Below, piece after piece: positions 40,382 through 53,400 of a stretch of 64,000 bases of DNA. Position numbers and translations under genes: made by a program. Below the pieces are notes generated by a model. It was not told the origin of the DNA. It saw only the letters and a program-made list of their open reading frames with translations, and searched no databases. Where the stretch lies: the NCBI RefSeq assembly GCF_018977255.1, contig NW_024704742.1, positions 84,694,001 through 84,758,000 on the forward strand, written 5' to 3'. This stretch comes from Callorhinchus milii (taxonomy: Eukaryota). Positions within the stretch are counted from its first letter, which is position 1. Each line of letters starts with the position of its first letter.

Positions 40382-42261
40382 TGTGTTTGTTGGTAAAATG
40401 GTAAGATGAAAAGCAGCGTGTGTGAGTATTTTTTGATTGTTCTTTGTGCTTTAATTCCTTGGTGACTGCTTATTTAGCTTTGGGACGTCCTCCCGACGTG
40501 TAGGGCGCTCTATAAATGTAATTTTGTTGTTGTTTTGTTGTTATTGGTTATCTGCAAAAATAGTGTGTTAAAATGGGTGAAAATGCCAGGTTTTAGCACC
40601 ATTGGAAATACCAGCAATATTGTATGGAGAGGGGAGCTGTCAATGGGAATAGCCCAGCCAATAACAAACAGCTCCTACAGGGCACGTCATGGCAAAGAGC
40701 AAGCAGTATCCAAACACGTCCTGGATGGAGAGCAGGGTAATAATAGCAGGGTAATACAAAGCAGGTAATAATTCCTTCAATAAAAATAATAAATTGGTCA
40801 CCTCAGTCTGGCACATCTCACGAAAGGAAAAGAAAAAGACTGCAAAGTTTTAGACTGAATGGAGATAGAGGCTTGATAAGCAGAAGTTTGTTAAGTAAAT
40901 ATATATGAAAATCTACATGTGAAGTACCTTTGCCTGAGTGTATGTGAGGCATTTCTACTAAGCGAGAGACCTGGTTTCGATTCCCGGCAGGGCGAAATGT
41001 TGATCACGTTTCTTTACTCCACACGCCTGTTTACCTAGTAGTAAGTAGGAACCCAGTTGTTAGTCAATTGGCGGATTGCTTTTCCGGGGGTAATAATCCT
41101 TCAATAAAAATAATAAATTGGTCACCTCAATCCACGACTGTTTGTAGGACGCTGCTGTGAGGAATTGGCTACCGCATTTCACCGACAAAATATAAAATCA
41201 ATTCACTTTACACTATCTTCCTTGAATGGCTTTGAGACGCCTTGAAGGCGTGATAGGGCGTTATATCAAATGCAAGGATTATTACTATTAAAATTAGTGC
41301 ATGTGGCTAAAATGTGTCGCTGTGGCCACCCCTTTGGCTGGTCACCGATTTCTATTGGACAACACTGTGCTAGTAGATCAATTTCAAGGTCCTCATGTCA
41401 CCTACAAAGCCCTTCACACCCTAGAACTTTCTAATCTTCTCCTATCCCACTCCTCTGCTTGCCCCCTCCACACAACTAATGTCGCCCACAATTACAGTCA
41501 TTCACAATATATTCTGTGAAACGCTTTGAGACGTCTGAATGGTGTGATAAGGCACAAGGATTATTATTATACTCCTCTTCCCTTCTTTGTCTTGCCCCTT
41601 CTTTGTATGTCTTCAAATCCTGCCTCACCACCTCCCTTTTTGACTGTCTATAGTCACCTTCTATACTCAGCATCTGATCCCATCACTGTAAAGGACACTG
41701 TGACATTACCCTATGTGAAGGCTGTTATATAAATGCAAGCTTTTGTGTCTTCTCCCAACTATCCATCCTGTCAGCACATAACATATATTTTAGACTTTCC
41801 CCATCTTGTTAAGATGCCTTTGAGCAAGACTGGGACCCTACATGATAACTTTCCTTCTTCACAAAAGAATTAAAGGTGAGTATAGAAAGCATTGCTTTGC
41901 ATAGGGTGGTTGGAATATGGAATTCTTTGTCATAAACTTGTTGAAGCAGCGTGGGATGCTGCAGTGTTCAACACAGCAACTCAACACAGCTTTGCAGAGG
42001 AAGAACTGAATTTGTGCTATAAACTAGAGGAAGGATGAAACTCATAATGAAAGGGGAAACCAGAATAGACTCAGATATATATTTTTAGTGGAGTAAAAAG
42101 AATTTAAAGTCTGAGCCAAGAAATTAAAAATAAACAATGAAAAAATGAGACAAAGAAAATGTTAAGTAGTTTTTGAAAGCCAGACAAACCTATTTATTAT
42201 GTGTTCTTTTCTGTTTGAGATGCAACTTCTGATCTGGAAAGTCTTTGTCTTCACTTTGCAG

Positions 42262-42387
42262 GTTTCGCAAGCAGCAATGGAACTTCAGCAGTATTGTGTC
42301 CAGAACGCCTGCAAAGATGCCCTGTTGGTTGGATTACCTGCAGGAAGCAATCCCTTCAGGGAACCTAGGTCCTGCTCTCTCTTTTAA
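42262..42387 (+). CDS. GNG10: G protein gamma subunit 10, coding exon 2 (126 nt incl. TAA)
   Basis: [44 protein letters not shown] motif and CAAX box; ttgcag acceptor. Confidence 0.94.
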   Translation, partial: VSQAAMELQQYCVQNACKDALLVGLPAGSNPFREPRSCSLF

Positions 42388-43932
42388 ATCGGGTAATAAT
42401 AATAATTCTTGCAGTTGATATAGCACCTTATCAAGTTATCACAGTGTCCCACACTTCACAAGATTTTTTGGTAAAATGTAGTGACTGTGTTTGCAGACAA
42501 ATGGGTGGCTGCCAATTTATGCACAGTAACGTACCACAAACAGCCAGAAAATGATCAATTTTATTTGTTGGCTGTGACACCCGGAGAAATGCCTCTTATC
42601 GAATAATGCAGTGAGAGTTTTAACATCCTCCTGAACAGGCAGGCAGTAGGAACATAAGTGGGTAACTTCATTCAGCTATCAAGCCTGCAACACGCATTCC
42701 TTCAGTGCTTAGGCACGGTCTTTTGGGACTGTGCTAAGAAGGGGTGAGGGGCATTCTGGTTATTCTTGTCTCTTCAATAAAAACAAAGCCCCAATACAGG
42801 TTAAGCTTGTGGTATATAATATGTGTGTACAAACAGTTCAACCTTAGAGTTCTGAGCTCCTGGGCATGCAGGGGAGGGATTTCCTTTGGCGATTATCCAA
42901 ATTCCAGGGCCAAGCAATGAGGGAGATTGGTGGTAAAAAGGGGAAGTGGCTGGAGGGAGTGAGGGCTCCAGTAGTGGCTTCAAGGTGGATATGTCTGTTT
43001 GTCAAAGATCCTCATTTGAGGACGTGGGTGAAGCAGTTAATGTCGAGTAAGCATTGGCCTAGGGCATTGAGGTGTCTGGCACATCACAAGCTGTGCTGTG
43101 TAGGTCCTTCCACCACCCTGAAGTCAGATGTCCAGGGAATCGCTGAAGAAGAAACTCTAAGGCTTGGGATAACAGCTGCTGAAAGCCATTACTCGTATTT
43201 CAGATTCACGAACACACACTTCTATAAGCAGGGCTTCGTTGATATGCAGAGGTAAGTAGGTGCTGCACAAGATACTCACTTCCAAGTGGTGGAACTATCA
43301 TTAAATGGGTAGGGATTTGTGTTCGAACTGTGGGCAGGATGATGTTGGCAATGCTCGCATACAAGCTAGAAGTAAAAAGTGCTCAACAAAATATATTCCC
43401 CAATGAGTGAAAATTGCTTGTGGCAATAATATGAAAGAGAATTTGGAAACTACCAACAAATTCTACTGACAAAGAGAGGGACAGATTCTGCTGAGGACTA
43501 ACTGAGCGAGTAGTGGGAAGAGCCCAAATTCAGTACTTTACTCGTGAAATTAATATTTTTTGACAGATGAAAAGTCATTACATACCTCAATGATCCAGGA
43601 AAGTCGAGAAACACAGACTTTTAGGCTTCTTTTTGCAGTCTTTGTGTGTAGAGCTTTGCCCTATCACTTCCGAGATTCATCATTCATATTGCTGAGTTCC
43701 CAGGTATTCTGCAGATTTAACTGTACAAGGTTTCTGTAAATTGCTCTGGATCTGTTCTTACCAATGGATCATGCAAACAAAGGCTTGATTTGATTGGGCT
43801 TGATCTTCATATTATGCACAAATGCAAATGCTGCTTATAGTTCGAATCCTGCCGCAGAACCACATTTTTGTCAGTTGGCCACAGTTCTCCCCTTAAAGCT
43901 TGACCTTTAATTGTTATTGTCTGTTCTTACAG

Positions 43933-44280
43933 GAAATTGGACTCTCAGCATTTGCAAGAAGCTTGACTGGGATAAATGCTGCCTCTTTATGAAGAACTAT
44001 TCCTATACCGTTACTTTTCTTACTTGCCAATTTTTTTCTGTATTTATTAGTGTCTTTATCACAGTTTCCTACTAATCCTTTTTGTAAATTAGAATTTCTA
44101 TTTGGAATATTTTAACTGACTGACCCTATTGACACAAAAAAACCTTTTTAATTCCTAGTAAGTTTGCCATTTTTAAGAACAAAATTTGTTTACATGTAAA
44201 GTTATTGCAAACTTTGCTATAATTTAATACAAAACGTGCCTGCATTAAATTTTAATAAAGATGAGTTGAACTCATGTGTA
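43933..44280 (+). other. GNG10: Probable non-coding last exon (3'UTR) of GNG10
   Basis: Donor GG|GTAATA 5 nt after the stop (42393), pyrimidine-rich acceptor ttgtctgttcttacag ending at 43932, AATAAA at 44254-44259. End coordinate approximate. Confidence 0.5.
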
Positions 44281-47200
44281 CAGTGGGATAAGTACAGGAA
44301 ATTAATAACTGATATATTCTGGAGATTTGCCTGCTGACAAAAGTGCCACCATACTCTTTGAAATAAGGAGTGAAAGAATTATTACAAAATGAAATAATAA
44401 GCAGATTCCACCATTGACTGTAATACTTAAAAAGTGTGAACATTCACTCAATAGGTGCATTGTGCAGGAAAGTACTACTCAGCTTACCTTTGTCCATGTG
44501 CTTTTTGGAGCAATGAAAACAAAAATTGCATTCGTATTGGCTGACACATTAGGCATTTGTTGCTAAAATGGGTTGTTCAGGATATTTTGATATATGAATT
44601 TTATTAATTACATTATTCCAAAGAATTGTCAACAGCTTTTCAAACTGCTGTTGATATGGCTGGGACTCCACCTATCACAATAACTTAAAACATTTTCCTT
44701 TTTTTGTTATTCAATTAGCTCTTTCATATATGTAATGCAGCACATTTGAATGGTATCATTAAATTGGGTTTGAAATGTTTTTAAACAAAGGTCTGTTGTA
44801 ATGTTGATAAAATGGTGCAAAGTCTAGCCATAAAATTCAAATTTTGCATCAAACGTTGTTTTGAAATTTGCTTCATACTTGGGAGCACTGCACAATTTCA
44901 CATCCTCTGTGGGCTCTAATTTGAGCATGTTATGGTCGCACCCTGGACATCGCCATTCGGTAGCTACTGTACGCAAGACAATGATTTGGAACAGACTCGC
45001 CCTGAATGGTACACATGTTCGATGGGCCATTGCTTGATGGCCTCACGGACCACTTCTGGCCCGTAGGCCATGAGTTGCCTACCATTGGTATAGGCTTAAA
45101 AACAAATGTGCTTGATAGTGATGTCGGCTAAAGCATTACATTTATTCAATGCCCAGACTATATTACGTGCAATTTTAAAAAAAGGATTCAGTCACCCGAA
45201 AAGTTCTTTCAAAAGTTTGTTAACAATCTGTTTGATGAGTGTTTGGAATGAAGTTACTGAAGCAACAAATCTATGAAAATAATTGTGACCCTAGTCCCAG
45301 ATTTCCAATTCCAGTCACACTATTTAGCACCCTGGGTGATTTTGTGAACTTTGCCTTTCAAGGGAAGTTTGCAGGAAAGGTGTAGAAAATGGGAGCTTTT
45401 AGCAGGACAGGATCAGGGTTGTAAAGAGCAATTTTAGGACAGACACCAAGAAGTATTTCTTTATCCAGAGGGTAATTAATGACTAAAAAATTTACTATGT
45501 AAATTTGCCAACAAAATACATAATCTTTGCAGAATATCCTTTGAGTCGTCTCCACGACGTGATAAGGTGCTATATCAAATCCAAGGATTATTGTTACATT
45601 TATTGTTCATATTAGCATATCTTAAGGCATTCCAGCCAAGATCAGGCTATCAGATGTCCATCAGCCCACTCCCAGGAAAAAACACACCCAACACTTCTTA
45701 ACTACACTTCTGTCTTATTATCTGCCACTACCCCAACAACCACCCACCCACCCCCACCCAAACAAAAAGAGGACTATTCAGGAGAAAAGTTACAATGAAA
45801 AATCCCTCCCTGAAGTCAACTGAGGTCCAGGGAAGAGCCAAGCCCCTAGCAACACACAAGCCTTTCCAATCAACCCTTTATCGCAACACATTGCCATAAG
45901 CAGTGTGGCACGTTTAGGTTCCTTGTCTGTAGCTGCTGAAACGATCTCTGAGAAATCTTGCAAGCAACGTGCAAATCTGTCTAGACCTCTTTTGAATGAG
46001 TGAATAGCATTTGCACAAAGAGTATCACTTGGAATTCTGTTCTGGATCTCCACCATTCTCTATGTGAAGACATGCTTCCTCATGTCTTGCAGAAGTGACT
46101 TTTCTCCAACCTGAAGATGTGGCCTCTAGTTCTGGAACATGTTATTAATGATGGATATCTTGCCGTTCGTCTTTATATTGATTTCTTGCAGGATCTTGAA
46201 GACCTTAGTAAGTTTGTCTCCAGGTTTCCTCTTGACGTTCTTCTACTTAGAACATCTAAAACATTCACACTAATAATTATTTGCTTCACATTTCTTTCAA
46301 TTGCCATGTAAAGTACTATGTGGAGGTATCAGTTAATAAGTGAGAGGCACAGTGTATTTGATTATTATTTTAATATTATGAGAATGTGTATTGAGAATAC
46401 ATATACCCAAACATGGCGAGTGGCTGAGTACCTTGAATTCTTTATGCAATTTAGGCCAGAGGCCAACAGTAGAATGTGACTGCTTTAATATCAAATGGGT
46501 TTGATGCCACCTAAGTCCCTAAACAAAAGCAACAAAAATATTCCCTTCAAGCAATTGTCTCCATGTGACAGGAAAGCAATATACCAAAGGCACACATTGA
46601 AACCTAGCCAAGAAAAAACACCTGTGTGAATGTTTTCTCTTTTTTTTCATGGGTGGGGGGTAGGAATGAATTCCCATCCTTATTTTCAGTTCAAGCTTGC
46701 ACGTCCATAACAGCCAATGGAATACTAGCTGTAGAATAGGCTCCCAAAGGATCAAAACCAGGTATGGCTAGAATTGGTAGTGATTACTGAGGATATTTGT
46801 TAGAGGGAAGCCAGACAATTGAAAATATGTGATAAATAGATATCAGAGTGATTCCAGGTTTCATCCCTGATTTCTGGTGAGTTAAATAATTTATGATGAG
46901 GTAGCAATAGGAAGGATACACTTGGCATCAATGATTTTAAAAAAAGTGAAATCAATAAATTTCAGTATGGGGGAATTGTTGATATCTTTCGTCTCAAGGG
47001 AAAACTGTGCCACAGTGTCCAAGGTTGCTAAACCCCAGGTAATATCCAGCATTCATACAAGATTAGAATTTTGTGTGACATTTATTCTATTTCCCACATT
47101 CCCTTTACACAACTTCAATATTGGCTTTAGATTAAAAAATAAACTGAACCACAATTCAACACAAGGAATTAATGTAATGTGTCAAAGATAACCTAATATG

Positions 47201-47342
47201 TAACTTTAATACACAATAGTGTTTCCTGAATTACAACAATGTGAATTGAAATCTTAAACATTTAACTACACAGAGTACAACGCTTAATAAATTAAACCAG
47301 ATTATTGAAGGAAAACTCCATTAATAGTTATGACTAACTGCT

Positions 47343-47443
47343 CTAAAAAAATTTGAGACGAGTCTGTCCATCAATTCTTCCAGGAACCTTTTCATAGGTC
47401 AGTCGCCTTTTCTTCAGTTCTGGTAAAAATTGGTACCTCAGTT
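47343..47443 (-). CDS. SHOC1: SHOC1 last coding exon (101 nt incl. TAG)
   Basis: (E)[32 protein letters not shown]; minus-strand AATAAA at 47081-47086. Confidence 0.88.
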
Positions 47444-50400
47444 CTAATCGTAAAAAAGAGAAATTTAATCAGGAAATGCTACTCAATGGCTAAATATACT
47501 CTCCTATCTGTTTATTTCCACATTGCAGGGACCCAGCGGATTTTGTCCACTTGAGTACGCACATTCATTGTAGTTAAAGTGTTTATTCACTAGAATGAAA
47601 TGGAAAGTAGCCTGGAAATGTTGGAAGATACATTAGAAGCTCTACATACATTTCATATTTGTATGTTGTAATTAGAAGCATTTATTCACAATTAATTCGT
47701 ATAAAATGCTGCAATTAGAATTGCTGCGCTATTTAAGAGTACACTACTTATATGCAACACTTGCTCCTTTTGAATAATAACTTCCTTGAAGCAGGATATG
47801 TCAGCAGACTTAGAAAAAAATTTGTACACAAAGCCTTGAAGTGACTAAACCACCCATTACTGACGATGAAATTTTCCATGCCTAGCTGATCGGCAAAAGG
47901 CTTGGCCTTCTCAAGGAGCATGTCACGATCAATTGTGATAGTGGGATTTTCGGCCAGTTTTTCATTACATCATGTAGCTAATTGAAGTTCAATCCCCAGT
48001 TATCCTTCCTCCCCCACATCTGGTCCCTGACCAGGACCGCATTCCTCCACCTCCACCACAGTGTCCGTCTCCGACAATACCTTGCTCCACAAGCTGCCAA
48101 AATGCTTGTCCTCGCCTTTGTCACCTCTCAGCTGGAATACTCTAACGCCCTCCTCACCGGTCTCTCCTCCTCCACTATTCACAAAATTCAACTCATCCAA
48201 AACTCCGCCGCCTGCATTCTCACCCGCATCAAACTCCGTACCCCGATTACTCCAGTCCTTGTCAAACTCCACTGGCTCCCTGTCACAGAGCAGATCGACC
48301 TCCAGATCCTCACTCTAGTGTTTAAATCCATCCACACCTTAGCACCCCCCTATCTCTCTAACCTCCTCTCTCCCCACAGCAGTACCCGCTGCCTCCGCTA
48401 TACTGGCTCTGGCCTCCTCCATGTCCCTCGAATCCTCCGCTCCACCATTGGCGGCCATGCCTTCAGCCATTACGCCCTGAAGCTATGGAACTCCCTCCCT
48501 CAATCCCTTCGCTTTGTCCCCTCTTTCCACATTTTCAGGACGAGCCTAAAGACCTTGTTCTTTGATCGTTCCTAGGGTCACCTTCCCCCTCCCCCTGGCT
48601 TGGCCTTGGGCTCCATCATTGTTAAGCACTTAGGGACGTCGCCTGGCGTGGAGGGCGCTATATAAATGCAAGTTGCTGTTGTAATGTATCCTCAACATCT
48701 TGTAACAGCGCGTTACAGAACTTTAGCAAAGAAAGGCAAGTTAGAAATTGGTTGGTAGTAAGAGAGATTGAGGGTGGGTTCCTTTCCCCCACTCCCAAAC
48801 TAAAAAGATCAGAATTATATTATCACATAGAATGGTATTATTAACTCATACCAGAATTTTTGAAGTTATCAGCCTGGCTCAGTTGGTAGAACTCTTGCCT
48901 CTAAATCAGAAGACTGTGGGTTGAAGCCCCATTTCGGGACCCTGAACTCACAAGTTTAGGCTGACACCCCAAACAGTGCTGGAGAGCTGTATTGTCGGAG
49001 ATGCCGCCCTTCAGATGAGATGTTTAACCAAGATCCAATCTGGCTGTTCAGGTGGACATTAATGATCCCACGGCAATATTTGAAAAGATAATGGAATTTC
49101 TCCTGATGTCCTGGCTAACAAATCACCCAAATAAAATTTTAATGGCTGTTTGTGGGACAGTAGTATAGGCAAATTCGCTGCTCCATTCACCCACAAAATA
49201 AAACAGTCACTACACTTTATAGTATATCCTTCAAAGCGCCTTGTGACAGCCTCTCAACATTAAACATATCAAATGCAAGGATTATTCTGTTGCAGCTAAT
49301 CCCACATTTCGGACTGACTAAACTGCCAGCCCACTCTCCGAGAACGCTCCCACCATACTCGCTGGCCTTCAGTGGCCAGATATGGATATCAACTTTGACT
49401 CAGTTTGAATCCCTTGAACAGAAGACATCTTATTCGCTACCTCTTGCTTGCAATTACAATTACACTGCTGATACCGGCACCAAAAATGCCAGTAAATGCC
49501 AGTATCCCACAAACAGTCCTGGATTGAGTGACCAAATTATTATTTTTTGGGGGGGAGGGATTATTCCCCTTGGAAAAGCGATCCGCCAATCAACTAGCAA
49601 CCGGGTTCCTACTTACTGCTAGGTAAACAGAGGTGTGTGGAGTAAGGAAATTTAGGCAAATAAGAACATAAGATGTTTTGCCCTGCCTGGGAATCAAACC
49701 CTTTGTGGAAACATCATTTTCATAATTGTGCTACTACAATTCCAATGTTTTACCTGTAAATATGTTTTTGCATATCTCAGACAAATAAAAGTGCTAGGAA
49801 GCCTGGCGGCTTTCATCAAGACTTGATTCCTAGTCTCAAATTTCACTGAAATTCTGATCTTCAGGGATATTTTGCTATCCCTCAGTTAGGCCTTTAGTCC
49901 AGTGTTTCCCATTACAATTTAACAATAACATAATTTCAAGTGTTCATGGTAATTTAGCCCATCTTGACGGAGAAAGAAACCCGATAGGAGCAATCCCATC
50001 TGGCAGAAATAAGTGTCCTTTCAGCTGATGAAAGGGAACACTTGCTCTGGTTATGAAGACATCCTGCCTTTGTGGGCTACAGTTTGGTGAGGTCAACCGC
50101 TCACCAGAGATACAAATACACAGTCACTATATTTTACAGTAAATCCTGTGAAACACTTTGAGATGTTTCCAAGGATGTGATTAGGCACTATCAAATACAA
50201 TGATTATTATTGTTATTAATTCTTATAAAATGTTATTCCATTACCAAATCCAATTAAAAGTGGAAGATATTTGAAAAAGTCAACATTCTGTATCCTTGGG
50301 AGGTAAATATATGTCTTAATTTGGAATTATCCATGGTTGTATTAATAATAATCTTTGCATTTTATATAGCGCCTTATCACATTGTCGAGTGGATTGGCTA

Positions 50401-53400
50401 TGTATTTTGTGGGCAAAACACAGTAGCCAGTTTGTGCATTGCAATATTGTTATAAATACAAGGATTATTATTTATCCCTGGTTGTGCCCTCATAATATGA
50501 AAGCACTGTTTGAATCAAACAATGGCATCTATAGTCCACTTCAGAGGGATGTAAATCCACATAGAAGTACAGAAAAAAATCACATAAAATTGTGAAATAA
50601 ATTTAGGAAGAAGTTTAAGGTGAGACCTAAAGAAATCTCTTTCCTGTTGAGATGAGGTAAAATGACTCATTTCAAAACTCACATTAAATCTTTTCCAAGC
50701 CAGTAAATTAAGGCTACAGGATTCATATGCACTCAGTATTTGAAATTATATTTCTTTAACAATTATAGGTGGGAATGGAATGCATATTACAAGAATTATA
50801 TACAACATGTTGCAATGTGCAATGCTGTATGCATTAAAATCAATAAATAACTTGACAATTTATAGACTATTTACCTGATGAAGTTGGTGTGTACATATAA
50901 AATGATGCTGTGTCAGTTAAACTTTCGTCTGGAACTGCTGAAGGTGACCCTATCCATTCGTTCATCCGTGTTCCTGAGCACAGTCTTTTCTTTCCCATTC
51001 CTCTTTTAACTGCCTCAGAATGAAAAGTCTGATCTGTGATTTTGTTGCAAAAGTCAGTTCCTTTAAGGGGAAAGTAAGAACCACCAGAGATGTGAGGCTT
51101 GTCAACATATGTATATTGACGACTAACTGAGTCATCACCAGTAAATTTAGGTTTAATGTATGGCATTTTCTTAGGATTGTTTTCTATGTCTCGATTGCCC
51201 TGATGACAGAGAGGGTCAATTAACGGATGAAATAAATTTTCCAAATGTTTCTCAGATGAGTCCGGGAAAGCTTGATGCTGTAGTATTGGATGCTGTGTCT
51301 TGGCCAACCTCTGCATTGTCAAAAGCATATCTTCCTTTTTTCTCAGCCCATAGCTGACATCTACCTCTTGCTGAAGAAAGAAGCTAAGCTCTGTGTCACT
51401 GCTAGTTTTCATACCCTTTATCTCATTCGCTCTTTGATACTTGTTCTTTGTGGTATATATGTGCTCACGACTACAAAGCTGTTCCAATGATGACAATTTA
51501 CCATTTTCAGGATAAAGGTCAGTCTCGAGGGGATCTGAGTGATTCTTCATTAGTAATTGATCAAGATGATCAAATAAGCTGTTGCTCAGCGGTGCGGTTT
51601 GCTGAGTATTCACAACGGGAACAATGTTTTGAGAACGTGCGATGCTCTGATGCTGTGCTTCAGCATTATAATCAGAGCTTTCAAGAAAATGTGGCGGATC
51701 TTTTCTCTCATTTAACGCCGTTTCTATCTTTTGTCTCATTTCTGTTTGTGTGGAATACACCGAGCAGGTTTCACCTCTGGTTTCAAAACCTGGTTTTACC
51801 TCCTGAAATTGTACAGCTGACACATCTTTCACAGGTTCCCACGAAGCCTCTCCCTCCTGGACATGAGTCATTTCCAGACTTTTCTGCTCTTTAAGTTCAC
51901 CTCTAGCACAGTGACCATTTTCTGCAATCTCTGGGTAGAGCTCACTCTCAGCAGGCTCAGACAGGGGAGGTGCAAAGGTTGACCTTTCATGCTGTGCGTT
52001 TCTCGGCCCCTCCGAATTGCTAAGTTTGTGCAATGCAGTGATCTGACTGAAAAGCTAAAACAATCATTGGGATGAGGCATTCAGTGCAACAATCATTATA
52101 CAGTAAACCTCACAAAAGTCATATCAGTTGGACCATACATTTAAAATGACTTATGCAAAGTATGAGTTATGTGAAACTTGGATAAGTTATAGGAAATTCA
52201 ATGGATCTTGAGCAGATTTACGACTTACGCTGATTTCTACAGATCAGACTTATGCGAGTTTTACTGTACACCCAAAGACAGGCTATAAACTACCACAGGC
52301 CAATTCCAGGCAGGGCAAAACCTTGGGCAAGTTTCCTTACTCCACACGCCTAATAATAATCCCTCCAAAACAAAAAAACAATAATAAATTGGTCATTTTC
52401 AATCTACGACTGTTTGTGAGACATTGCTGTGCGCAATTGGCTGCCACGTTCGCCCACAAATATACAGTCAATTCACTTTACAATATATTCTGTGAAGTGC
52501 TTTGGGATGTCTAGAAGACGTGAAAAGCGCTATATCAAATGCAAGGATTATTATTATTATTAAGTGGTTTGTCGAATCATAACGTTTATGCAATTGTGTT
52601 TAATTTGTTGTTGCTATTTGTTACTTTGCAAACTTGTGGGATTGAAAAAGAGTTTTGCAGGTGCGTTCTAACTTTTTGCCAGAAGTCTTTACGACACAAA
52701 CTGGGTTTTCTGCAAGGAATCCCATAAACGTCATAACACCTCAGTCGTGAAATATCAGTATGACATACAGGGGGTTCCCTGCATAAGACACTGTTTATGT
52801 TTGTCTAAAAATACATAGCCACTGCACTTTACAGTAAATCCTGTGAAGCGCTTTGAAAAATCTTTCCACCATGAACGGCACTATATCTAAAGTAAGGATT
52901 ATTATTTATTATCTTGCAAAATACTTTTATCAAGCAGCCAAGGGACCTGTAACCTGCATGCTTACCCGAGAAGAATCTTTTCAATCCTAGTGACTTCTTT
53001 CAAATTTGCACAATTTTTTTAAAAAAATTAAAAATAAGTACATGCTATTCAGTAACATGAATGGAAACCATTTTCATAGTGCTTTGCAGTTTTTGTAAGG
53101 TACCAGACATGTGACGTGTTTTAACATAAGCAAGTCTAAATGGTGATCACAGGATTGGTGCAAGAGCATCACAATCTTATCATCTCTCACAAAGCACTGC
53201 ACTAGTCACTTTTGAACATTTTATAATCCGAACTTAATTTTAAATTTTAAATAAAATTAGTGGTTTAATTGTTTTCACAAGTAACACCATGAATTCCGAA
53301 TACTGTACACTATATGCTCTACACACTATGGACAATTGGTGTAGTCTTTTCAGGAAGCTAGCACAGATTACTTCCTGTTCTGTATATTTTAAAATCTATG

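Noticed and set aside
44990..45090. hAT-Charlie-like terminal sequence (ggcccgtaggccatgagttgcctaccattg)
   Set aside because: Only one end recognisable; no matching TIR or TSD found.
52966..53000. Possible extra SHOC1 exon ending at a GTAAG donor
   Set aside because: Flanking exons (…KVLK | LFSQIT…) already join in frame with no missing conserved sequence; no good acceptor.
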